A stretch of 64,000 nt of DNA, from contig JAHRHZ010000217.1 in NCBI GenBank assembly GCA_024137785.1, positions 14,061,737 to 14,125,736 of the forward strand. The letters are read 5' to 3'. Below, one piece after another: positions 1 through 10,893 of the stretch (position 1 is the first letter of the stretch; each line of letters starts with the position of its first letter). The notes beneath the pieces are model-generated. The model ran no database searches. It was given only the letters and a program-made list of their open reading frames with translations, and was not told the DNA's origin. Source of the DNA: Ginglymostoma cirratum (Eukaryota). The translations under genes and the position numbers were made by a program.

Positions 1-1253
1 TTTGTCACACAGTTCACTTTCAAATGCTCTAACCAGCTTTATGTTCACCATTAAAAAAATCTCTTTTGATTTAGCGTTATCGGAAACAATTCATATGACT
101 GAACACACGTTTTAATACTGGCTGGTACAAACTTAGTTTGGGATAAACTGGTTAGCCAAAACAAAAGAGATGTTTTAGAATTGTGTCACAGGTAGCGTAA
201 GTATCAGATATAAAAAGTACATTTACGTGGGACTCTTGTTTTTCCCATCTGATGTTGTCTGACTTGCTCAGAACCTCCTGCATAACCTTTGAAAGGTAGA
301 TTTCTAGGTTTGTTTGAACACCACTTATTTAGTTTGTTTGTGACTTCACACAGATTTAGTTCAAAATAAACTATGGTCACCAATTTTACATTCAGCATGG
401 AGAGAAGGAAAATTAGAACAAAAATAACCTCCTTCAACAGAGCCACTCCATTGGTTGGTCACATAAAAAAAAATCAGTTGGCAATTTTAATCAGCTTAAG
501 CATTCAATCTTGTCCCTCACTGCACTTTCTCAGCTCTCCCAAGCTCCCCATGCCTCTATGCTACAGATTCCCTTCATCTTCCTAATTGAACAGGCACCTC
601 TGATGCTGAACTCTGGGAGTACTCTTCCTGTCAGTCACTGTTGCCTTGATAAGTGAGCTTCAAGACTGCACAAGTTATTAGCGCAAGCAAAGCAAACAAA
701 ACATCAACCTTCTGCATTGTGCTGGGAGGACATTAAGAGCTAGAATACTGTCTAAGATCTTTCTACCGAAGTTAAACGGGGGTCTATTCAGTTATTGGAA
801 CCTCCTGGTACCTCAAACGAGTAAAATGTAATCTTGCACAAGTAACAAATGCCTTGAGTTTGTCTGATTGTTCCTTCATATGCTATTGCACAGAACCGAA
901 CACTTTCAGTGACTAGGCATATATAAAGATATTTTCATGAATAAAGTATATTTTTGAAATAAAACAAATTAAGAGCAAGAAATTGTATTAAGGTAATATC
1001 ATTGTCTTTCACAGCCCCTTGTATACCACCCAGCATCCTGCACCATCAACCCTGCACCCACCCTCCCCTCCGACTCCTTATGTTGTCTGCAGACACACTC
1101 ATGTCCTGAACAGGTAATGTATAAGAGCTTCAGGACTGGCTCCAAATATTGACAACCTCAGCTCAACTCTCCATAAAGAATCGAGTCTTCGATCCACTGA
1201 AAATAAAAGCTTTCCACTTGAACAGCCTGCATTGAGAGGGGGTGGGGCGGGGG

Positions 1254-1270
1254 GAGAGAGAGAGAGAGGG

Positions 1271-1302
<32 letters not shown>

Positions 1303-1330
1303 AGAGACAGACAGACAGACGGAGAGAGAA
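1254..1330. repeat. (GA)n / GACA purine-rich microsatellite
   Basis: Visible gagagaga...gacagacagac run; explains the SLSLSL ORF at 1158..1400. Confidence 0.95.
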
Positions 1331-1465
1331 TGAGAACAAGAGCGAGAGGGATAGGCAGCGTGTGCGAGAGAGAGATAGAGCGGGTGCGAGACAAGCTCAC
1401 AGAAAATAGATGCTTACAGTAAAAGGCGTGCAGACTCCAGACTGTAGACTAACATGCAATATTCA

Positions 1466-1786
1466 ACAGGGTCAATGCAAGAAGGATGTTTCTCCCGACT
1501 GGGAAGATCCCGCTAAGGGACACAGTTTCAAAATACGAACTAATTCATTTAGGACTGAGCTGAGGAGGAATTTCTTTGTTGTAGGGGTGAATTCTGTACT
1601 TCAGAAAGGCCGAGAGATTGAGCATGTTCAAGACTGAGATTGATAAATTGCTACCTTTTTTAAAAGCATCAAAGGATAGGAGAAAGCACAGGAAAATGAA
1701 AATAGCGCTGAGGTAGAAGATTGGATCTGTTTTAGTCGAATGATAGCAAAGATCCAATGGCCAGAACGGCCTCTTTCTGTTCCTAC
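1466..1786 (+). mobile_element. CR1/HER1-like LINE 3' remnant, degraded
   Basis: Translates to KGHSFKIR...FRTELRRNFF, the CR1 ORF2 C-terminus motif, followed by a typical ...aacggcctctttctgttcct tail. Confidence 0.8.
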
Positions 1787-2109
1787 ACTCCTGAAAAATA
1801 GCGTTCTAATGCCAGGTCAGAATTTCATATGGGCTGCAGTGTTGTACAGGGACAGCAGCATAAAGCAAAGTCTGTACAAAACCAATAAACGTTTATAACA
1901 ATAGTTTGACTTGGATTCCTTCATCAATACACTCCAAAAGTCAATGCCAAAACGTGATGAAATAATAAAATCTGTAATGTGAAATCCTTATCTTTTTTCT
2001 TCTTTGTCAAATATGTACAAATATTGATTGTCAAACTCTTGGGAAAAGGAGGCCTAGTATTGTAAAAAGTTAACAATATTTCCAACATGGTCAAGACTAG
2101 GAAAGTTAT

Positions 2110-2328
2110 CAAGTCAACTTACCATAGTCTTACCAGACTATAGGACTTCTCTCTTGTTAGAGAGAGATGACTGGTAGTGAGTTTAAACTAAGGGCCATCA
2201 TACCTCAGGTGAGGGGAGTGGTTGAGAAGGAGAGTCCTTCATGGTATCCTCAGCGACTGATGGGAATTGAACCCATGCTATTGGCATCATATTGCTTCAA
2301 AAACCAGCCATCCAGCCAACTGAGCTAA
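2110..2328 (-). mobile_element. tRNA-derived SINE
   Basis: Minus strand has A-box tagctcagttgg and B-box gggttcaattccc. The body recurs as a fragment at about 28634..28710. Confidence 0.75.
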
Positions 2329-2351
2329 AATAACCCCCAAGGAGTGGTATA

Positions 2352-2730
2352 GTCAGAGGGTCATAGAGGTTTACAGCACAGGAAGAGGCAAGTATCCCTT
2401 GTGCCTTCACAACCACCATATCCACCCGCCCTGCTGCCTTAAAAGATCTAATGGCATGCACACCAGAGTCACTTTCTAACATCCTACCATTCAAATGTAC
2501 TCTCTTGCCTTGTTCGTCGTCCCAAAATGCATCACCACACTTTACAGAATTAAATTCCATTTGCCATTGTTCAGTCCATCTGACCAGCCTGTCTACACCA
2601 TCCTGTAGTCTAGGCTTTCCCTCCACCTACCCACCCCACCCCCCTCCAACTTCATGATTTATCGCACCACCAATTTTCACATTCATCTGCAACCTTACTG
2701 ATCAAACCTCCTACATTTATGTCTAGATCA
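2352..2730 (-). mobile_element. CR1-like LINE reverse-transcriptase fragment fused to a 3' tail
   Basis: Minus strand encodes DLDINVGGLISKVADE (degenerate FADD region) and LQDGVDRLVRWTEQWQMEFNSVKC, then jumps to the ...gctgtaaacctctatga tail. Confidence 0.85.
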
Positions 2731-2809
2731 TGGGGAGAGGGTCAGGGTGCGAGAATCTGACAGCTGCAGCAGGGATGTTGGCTCCGTTTCAGAAGCAGCC
2801 AAATACTGC

Positions 2810-2910
2810 AGCAACAACTTGCATTCATGTAGCACCCTAGACAGCATGAAATGTCTCAAGATGCCTCAGGATACGAAACATAAAATTTGGTGACACCGCT
2901 GACGAGAGGC
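2810..2910 (-). mobile_element. L2-type 3' tail fragment
   Basis: caacaacttgcattcatgtagcacc is the reverse complement of the L2-type terminus seen at 63100..63122. Confidence 0.5.
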
Positions 2911-5399
2911 AGTCAGGTCACCACAACCAACTGTGAAACAACCTTTCATTAAAGCATAGCAACTTGTGTTGCTAGTATTTAACAAGCTGCTGCTCAAATC
3001 TAAGACTAAACCCTGCAAGTTAATGGCTTGGCTTAAAATTGTAAATCTTTCACTGTTGTACAAACAATTTGAAGGGACAGCCTTTCACGTATTTTTAAAT
3101 TAAAATACTAAAGCAACAGTAGATACGCACCACAGCAAAATGGTACTTCTATTCTTTTCACCTCATGACCACGTTAACCTCAGAGTCTCAGAACCTTTTA
3201 AAGAAATTAAAATCCATGACTGAACGTGACCCGCTGCTGTGTTACACAAATCCTTCAAATCACTCAAAGCAAATAAGAACTCGCAGTTTGATGTATCAAA
3301 CCAGCTCCTCGCTGATGTTGGTAAAGCTCTCTGGGAGACAGCTTACTTCCTAACTAACCCACTACCAGCTGGACGCATCACAACCACAAGTTTAACTCTA
3401 GCATTGCCAAAACTTGAATGTGCACAGATTACAGAGGCCAACACAAATCTAACCAATGCCCGTAGGGTTCTGATAGAATTTTACAGTACCCATCGTACCT
3501 GCACCATCTTTTTCAACTGAATGCATGCTATATGGGTCATACACATGGAATTTATGAGGAAAAGAATTGTCTTGGAACAGCACAATCATTTAGTAAACTT
3601 TCAACATCAGAGAAAAGCCAAATGATTCACGCCAAAAGTAAGATCAACTCTGATGAGAGACAACAGACTCCCTGTCTACTTGATGTACATATTTGCCCTT
3701 GCGGATGCTTATGTGACTTGGTAGGAGTTTGATTTTCAAATAGTCCCTTCAAAAAAAAAATGTAAAAAAGGCTTTAAATCTGGACTGGTCAGGGTGAATC
3801 AATCTCATTACTCATGCAATAGGGTTAGAGTAAGATATCCAGATAAAAATCATAAGTCACCCACAACAAGAAAAGAAAAAGCCAGCATCTCAGACCTAGC
3901 AAGCAAGTTCCTTCCTTTTGAATTGTGCGGAGTTACTCTCCCTGCAGCCCTTATTTTAAAACTCTTACCTGGGAGGAGTCGCATCTTTAAAAGCATCGAC
4001 ACAGGAAGACTTCTTGCCCTCACCTTTTCTGAAATCAGTTCAAGGTAGAGGTTGCTGCTGTGAACCTGTAATGATCTCAGGACCTGCTGCCTATCCCTTT
4101 TTTGGGGGGGTTTAAATATCCTCCACTTCCCACGTCACTACACAGTCGAATAGCTGATTTATTACAGCGATGGTTGGCAGGTAGGGATGTGAATAACAGT
4201 GCCGTGCCCAACTTCTGACAAGCACAGGGGAGCACTGCTCAGAGCAAAAATAAGGTTACTTCTTTCAAATGCGTCTTCTGTCGTGAAGCACATCAGCGGC
4301 ATCAAAACACTTGCCCTATCATTGTTCCCAGGAGGAAGACAGATTTCGAGAACGAGAATCAACTCATGCAAAATATTAACACAGTGAATCAATACAGCCC
4401 TTCAGTGAAGCCAACAAACCTCAAATGATGGGACACCAAGTGTGATTGCTCATTCTGATTTCTCCATCTGGTGCAGGTGGCGATAAAGCCAAATCTAATT
4501 GGCTCCAAGCTGCCATTATCCCCTAAAGCCACCCCATACTTGCACATATAACTGTGATTGTCGACTCAGGTATTAGCACATTTAACCCTGCTTTAGCCGG
4601 GACTCTGACACTTTCAGGGGCAACACTTCTCTCGTGAAGCCTTGTGCCATCTCAGATGTGGAGGGCTGCTCAGCTGCCCCTTGCAGCTAAAATGTGAGAC
4701 ACGAGCGCAGAGGTTAGGTCACCTTAACAGCATCCTGTGTTCAGGCTGAACAATTTATCATCGATCCTCAGACTGGGACAATGAAAAGATGCCAAGTCGA
4801 TGGGGGAGGGGAGTGTTAAAGAGACTGAGACCTTTCTGGATATTCTATCTTTCATTGTTCCAACCTTCACTCTAGACCAAAAGAAGTCCGAGCTGCAGCT
4901 AGAGTCCTTGAGTCATGACCATGCTGTTACAGAAGGGAGTGTGAGTTCTAATCGATGTGAGATCAAGCTCGTGTGATTCTGCATCCCTGCAACAGTGCAG
5001 ATAGTGCCTGTTTGACACACATTGCGCAGTACCTACTGTGCTCAGTGAGCCTGTTACCTAACGACAAGTTTATTTTCACAAAATGTGGATTTGTGGAGAG
5101 AGCTCTACCTTCACACTTGCTTCACTTTCTGCACTGCAAGCCTCATCACAGGTATCTCAGTAATGAGTTCACACTGGCAGTTAATCCTGAAGAGGCGGCA
5201 TCATAATCAGGAAAGCAATTATTAACATGCTGACATCAATATTACTCTAAGGGCCACCGGGAGCAACACTGAACAGGTTGCTTCTTCTCCCAGATGGAAG
5301 TGATGGATGAATGAATCAAATTGACAAAGAAGTGTCTTTGAAACAAAACTTCCTCGAAACTTGCAATTCAACCATCTCTTTCCACATAAGGCATAACAT

Positions 5400-5715
5400 A
5401 ATTTGGAACTCTCGCCTCTTAAAAGGGTGTGGATGCTGGGACAGTGGAAGTTTCCATTACTAATGCGGATAGGTTTTTACTTGGAGGTTTGCAGGCTCAT
5501 TTTACAGTGGGGACTGAGGCTAAGTTGGATAACTCTTTCAAAGAGTTAGAATAGGCAAGACAGGCTAAACAGCTTCTTTCTGTGCTGTGAAATTCGATAA
5601 TTCTATGAAAGACTGTCAAGGATAAGTTAGTAAAATCAGTTAAGGTAAAGACCTGCCTAAATCAATCTGAACGGAGAAGACTTGAGGGGCCGAATGGTCT
5701 CTTTTTATTCCTCAT
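5400..5715 (+). mobile_element. Two adjacent degraded CR1-like 3' tails
   Basis: tggaactctc...ggatgctggg, tail tgtgctgtgaaattcgataattctatga, and a second tail gaggggccgaatggtctc. Confidence 0.6.
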
Positions 5716-6410
5716 GCTGCCCTATTCAACAAGCTTAGTTATTCTGAACAACGCTGATGGATTTCAGATCCCATACACCAAAGCTAGGGAGGTCAACAAC
5801 CTCCTGATGCTGTCGTGTGCTTTGCCTGACCATCCCTTCCCCCATTGCCCTCATGTAATTCTATGATATACAGGGGAAAAATAATAAAAAACAACGCAGC
5901 TGGCAGAAAAGTCTGCAGAATATACGGTGCAAAGTGCTTTGCAGGGAATGGATATGAGTCGCTCCAGGAATACTGGACTCAGCAGAGCCAGAAGGTGCCA
6001 AAGTAAATGTCGCCTGACACAACTGGCAGAGTCAGCAACAAGGCGCTAAAAGGAATAGTGCCTTGTCCATCACACAGAATGAAACATTGATGGCAGAGGA
6101 AGAGGCTCAGTTTTAGAATTCTGCTGACAGTCCACAAGCTTTGCCTTTCAGCTTTCACGACTCAACTAAATTACAGCCCATATTTCACTTCATTGTTTAT
6201 TATCCCAGACACCCCTTCTGTTGAATCACCAATGTCACCAGAAAAAAAAACTGCATTAATAATAGGAATATGTAAAATCTTCAGCAGAATATTGGGGAAG
6301 GTATCTTAAATGGCTTCTTTAATACTCTACAAGTCAATTAGCATCATTTGTTCATCATTTCAAGTTAAAGGTTTGAAAGATTTCTAAACCGACAGCAAAT
6401 GCAGCGTCTT

Positions 6411-6728
6411 AAAAAATTATTTTCACGGGATGTGGGTATTACTGAGGGCAGTTGCTTTGTTGTCCATCCGTAATTGCCCACAAATAGTCACAAGGCAGTT
6501 AAGAGTTATTGTGGGTATAGGGTTACATGCAGACTAGACTGGGAAAGGACTTTAATAAATCAGATGGGTTTTCAAAGCAATTGATGGTAGCTATCATGAT
6601 TACCAACTGTTTATTCCAGATTTATTGATTTAATTTTGATTCCATTAGTTGCCCCATTGGTATCTGAACCCATATCCTCCGAGCATTAGCCTAGCCCTCT
6701 GATATTATCATTATCCCCAAACCTCCCC
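6411..6728 (-). mobile_element. tRNA-derived SINE family C, old copy
   Basis: Colinear with the cleaner copies at 18602..18930 and 32812..33178 (taattgccca, ggcagttaagag, cagatgggtttt, gaaccc). Confidence 0.75.
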
Positions 6729-6742
6729 TGAACGGGTTCCTA

Positions 6743-7148
6743 TTGATAATTTTTTAATAGACAAGGGAGTCAGGGGCTAGGGGAGACAGACAGAAAGAAA
6801 AATGGGGATGAGACCAGAACCTGATTAGACATGATCTAATTGAATAACAGAACAGGCTCAAACGGCTGCATAATAACTGCACAGGGGCCAGTATCCCATC
6901 ACCAAGTCACCCTCTATTTACACGTGCACTGTACGTGGGCTCTGACCAGCCAGCTCGGAGTCAGCGTCCAGAAGGAGGAAACTCTCCGAGCCCCTGTTTG
7001 TATCTGTCAGCCAGGGCTTCCTGTTTGGGGTTGTTAACCTGGGCCAATCAGGGAACTCAGTCAGCGAGATCTGCCTGGCCAACCTCCTTCCAATCACTAC
7101 AGGCTAAACGGCCTGATCTTATTGTTTCTTAGTTCTATTTTTCCTATG
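6743..7148 (+). mobile_element. CR1-like 3' UTR split by a solo LTR
   Basis: aagggagtcagggg...acaggctcaaacggc resumes after the insert as ggctaaacggcctg...ttctat. Confidence 0.65.
6867..7101 (-). mobile_element. Solo LTR, about 235 bp
   Basis: TG...CA termini (minus strand tgtagtgattgg...ttatgca), CCAAT box, degenerate poly(A) signal gtaaatagag, clean interruption of a LINE tail with ggc on both sides. Confidence 0.7.
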
Positions 7149-7154
7149 GCTTGC

Positions 7155-7260
7155 ACTCACATACACAGGCGTACGCACACATATCACCACATGAGCACAC
7201 ATCATTTCACACACACATGCGCACACACCATCACATGCCCACACACCCCCAGACACACAT
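7155..7260. repeat. Degenerate (CA)n-rich tract
   Basis: Interrupted cacacacat/gcacac repeats. Confidence 0.8.
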
Positions 7261-7826
7261 TCATAAAAAATATCTCTAATAGTGGACAAATTTAAATACG
7301 TTTTGAAAAATTAAGTAGTCCTCAACAAAAGCCGAACTCCTTCCATGAGTCCAAAGAATTACCAGAGATCTCAGACAACTGGGCCCGGCCCAAGCCTCCC
7401 TCCTTTTTGGAACTTAAACACGCAGGCTTTGAACGTACTCATCGGCATAATTTTAAACATTGTAAGAATTACTGTCACTTGATTATTTAGATTTTGAGTT
7501 TTGATGTCAAAATGCTAAGGCTGCCTCCTGTATTTATTGTGGGATGTGATTTACTGCCTTTATACCACATGACTGGGAACTGAGAATGAAATGCTGCAGG
7601 CTCAAGTCGGAAAGACTCACATTAGCATTTATTTAGAATGTTCTGTCTCTAAATATATGTGCATTATGCATTGTATTCCATTTAGTTAAGTGTGAAATAG
7701 CACTCAATGCTGTGACACACCACATTCACCAATACGTGAAATTACTGCCAAATCAAGGATAATTTGCCCAAAGCTGAACTTCCTATCAAATCAAAAAACA
7801 TATCTTGAAATAATCTCAGAGTTATT

Positions 7827-8506
7827 GGGTGGAAATTTCAGAAAGTTGGTTGGATACTGAATTGGTCCTTGCATATCCACTCTACAGCTACAGGCCAGAT
7901 CGATTAGTGTTGGGACTTCGGCCCATCACTCAGATGATGGCCCATCCTCAGGAGCTGCAAGCCAATGGCTGCTAGCAGCATCAGCTCCAGCAGTGTTGGA
8001 CAGAGGGCATTGTAGTGGCACTACAGGAAGAAGCCTATGGATTGTCCTGAGAATGCCAGTGCCAGGATCTCAAGCCAGGGAAGGCATCTTTGAGCAAAGG
8101 GGAAGGGGTAGAGGATGGTGGGTGAGGCGAATTGTGTGGCAGAAAGAAGAATGGGGTGGCACCTTTGGGGGAGTGGGGCAAAGGTGGGAGGGAGGTGGCT
8201 TAGTCCTGATGTACATTGAGCACCTCTCAAATAAGATGGTCTCGCTTCCATCGTGCCTTTGTTCATATAGGCATTTAAAAGTTGACTGCCCATTGCCATC
8301 CCACTTCTCATGCCAGTCACATCTAAATGAGTGACCCATAATTATTTATGTACTTATGATGAGTGGGCTACCAATTTCAGGGGTCGGCCCACCCAACCTA
8401 TTAGGGGAGATTCGGGTGGCAGACTGGGCACCCAAACCTACTTTACCAGCCTCCCCAACACTCTGCCACAAAACACACCTGGCAGTGAGGCATGTAATAT
8501 CCACTC
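7827..8506. mobile_element. Putative old non-autonomous DNA transposon (MITE-like)
   Basis: GC-richer 680 bp block with imperfect terminal inverted repeats: gggtggaaatttca vs reverse complement gagtggatattaca, 11/14. No TSD retained. Confidence 0.4.
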
Positions 8507-9324
8507 TGTAATCTCTTCTTGAGGTCATGGTGCCAATTCTACCCTGTTTCAGTTTCCTCAGCCACACAGTTTGTAAAGCAACCAGAGGTCTTCAACAAAA
8601 TCGTTCCATTGTAAGTCACAATCAGATCTCAGATTGAACACTGCACCCATTTCTTGTTGTCAAGGAGAGCACTGGAAGCTGAGCCACTGACCCGGTCCCT
8701 GGGTGTCAGAGTGACGAGGAAAGACCCGGGCTCATCAGTTGGAAAGCAGGTGACTAACAGGTGGTTTTACCTAGCTATATGAGGTAGTTCAGAGTATGGC
8801 GCTCGTAATGTCAAAATATCATTTTAAATTGAATCGCGAGGGCTGAACCAAAGGTCAAAACAGTTCAAACTTGTAAAACAACATTTGAAAATGTAAGTAA
8901 ATTCAAAATTAAATGTGGAATAAACTTCCCAATGCATTAATGCAGAAATTGGGCTGTACATCTTTCAGAATGGATGAAATAAGATAGATTGATCCTCCAC
9001 AATTGTGTTTCAATCTGATAGCTACTTTAAGGTATTCCTGCTTCTCGCTATATAAAAAAAGTGTATATGGTATACACTGACCATATGTAATCTATGCATT
9101 TATACAATGTCTAGGTTTACATACTACCATGTACTATCAATTATAATTGATGACTTAAGTGCTTTCACCATCTGAGTATAAGGATAATTTTACTCTTGCA
9201 AGCACCATTTGGTTGTGACAGGGGTCCTTCCTGCTTCAGATGATGAAAAATACTAGCGACGATATCCACCAAGAAACTGGTCAAGTGTGTCAATCCTTGT
9301 CTGACAGGCCATCAACAGCTAACA

Positions 9325-9523
9325 AATAGAAGTGAAATATTGCAGATGCTGGAAATTTGAAATAAAAACCAGAAAGTGCTGGAAAATCTCAGCAAGTCTG
9401 GCTGCATTTATGGGGAAGGAAACAGAGTCAACATTCTGCACCCTCCTTCAAAACCAAAACAGTCTTTATATTTGAAATGTTGACTCTGTATCTCTCCCCA
9501 CAGATGCTGCCAGACCTGCTGTT
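9325..9523. mobile_element. Fold-back Penelope-like terminal-repeat derivative, older subfamily
   Basis: Inverted arms at about 9389..9435 and 9475..9521. Direct repeat cagctaaca at 9316..9324 and 9524..9532. Confidence 0.7.
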
Positions 9524-9741
9524 CAGCTAACAGACTGACCTTTTTTGGAAGAACACACAAAAGAAGATGGGAGGCAAAAAAAAAAATAAAACCGGCAGGT
9601 TAGTTGACTTAAAATTCACTTACGTTGTAATAAAAACATGTTAGGGAAAATTTTAGAAAAGATCAAGTATTTTACATCTGGCAGATGGAAAACCAAACTA
9701 AAGCTACAAAATAAAATGGAGAAAACAGAGGAGAGCAAAGG

Positions 9742-10404
9742 TAATTCCTCGAAAGTGGAGTTGCAGGTAAACAGGTGAAGGTGGTGTTTAGCACATTTGC
9801 TGTTGTTGGTCAGCGTGTAGAGTATAGGAGTTGGGATGTCGTGTTGCAGCTGTGCAGGATATTGAAGAGGCCACTTTTAGGATACTACCTACAATTGTGA
9901 CACCTTTCGATAGGAAGGATGTTGCGAAACTCGAGAGGGCGCAGAAAAGATTTACAAGGGTGTTGCCAGAACTGGAGGGTTTCAGTTATAGGTTGAGGCT
10001 GAGTAGCTTGGAGTATCAAAGGCTGACAGGTGATCTTATAGAGGTTCATAAAATCATGAGGGGCATCGATGGGGCGAATAAGGTCTTTTTCATAGGGTGG
10101 AGGAGTCCAAAACTAGAGGGCATAGGTTTAAGGTGAGAGAGGAAAAAATTTAAACAGGGACCTGAGGGGCAACATTTTCATGCAGAGTGGTGGGTACATG
10201 GAACAAGCTGCCAGAGGAAGTGGTGGAGGCTGGTACAGTTACAACATTTAAGGCATTCGGAAGGGTATATGAATAGGAAGGATTTAGAGGGATACAGGCC
10301 GAATGTTGGCAAACGGGTCTAGGTCAGATTGGGATGTCTGGTCAACACAGACGAGTTTGACTAAAGGGTCTGTTCCTGTGCTGTATCACTCTATGATTCG
10401 ATGA
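9742..10404 (+). mobile_element. CR1/HER1-like LINE 3' end
   Basis: RKDVAKLERAQKRFTRVLPEL...RLTGDLIEVHKIMRGID plus tail gtgctgtatcactctatgattcgatga. Confidence 0.92.
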
Positions 10405-10559
10405 CCCAAAGACAAATTGTAAAGGTATGAAAGGCAAGTGTAGTTAATTCTGAAATCTTTACATAAACAGCTACTTCAAACGTTTAATTTAGTCGGTATT
10501 AACATTACTCCTGGTTTACAGGGAGTATTATTTTTATTTCAGTAGGATTATGTTGCTGG

Positions 10560-10667
10560 AGTGAAGGGTCTTTGGTCGACTTTAATCAACTTTGTTTCTC
10601 TCTTCAGATCTGCTCATTGCTTCCAGGATTATGTTTGTGTTCGAAGATTTCCAGCATTTTGCTTTCG
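10560..10667 (+). mobile_element. Degraded single arm of the fold-back family
   Basis: gaagggtc...tttctctcttcagat...agatttccagcat resembles the arms at 9325 and 28136. Confidence 0.45.
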
Positions 10668-10872
10668 AAGACTCATAACATGGGTTGGCTGAGCAAAGAA
10701 GGGGCCTCTCTGGGCAGTCTAAGAGTTAAACAACTTTAAATTACATCAGCGATATACCCTGAACATTTACACACACACACACAAGCTTCATTTAGGTCTG
10801 TGACTGTGCCAAGCATTAATTGTGAAGTGGCCTATATTCTAGCACAAAGGCTAGATTATTTTCTTTTGAGAT

Positions 10873-10893
10873 TTCAGCACCAAGGACAACTCT
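10873..10893 (+). promoter_or_regulatory. RE1/NRSE (REST-binding) motif
   Basis: TTCAGCACCAAGGACAACTCT matches consensus TTCAGCACCACGGACAGCGCC at 17/21 with canonical 2-bp spacing. Confidence 0.6.

Noticed and set aside
8676-8738. CTGATGA on the minus strand followed by GC-rich stems
   Set aside because: No GAAA box after a closing stem, so not a hammerhead.
8780-8850. Possible divergent let-7 precursor on the plus strand
   Set aside because: No complementary 3' arm able to form a pre-miRNA hairpin.
9831-10136. RT-like ORFs (also 2297, 22200, 32327, 32374)
   Set aside because: Short, frameshifted fragments of 5'-truncated CR1 LINEs; no intact element.
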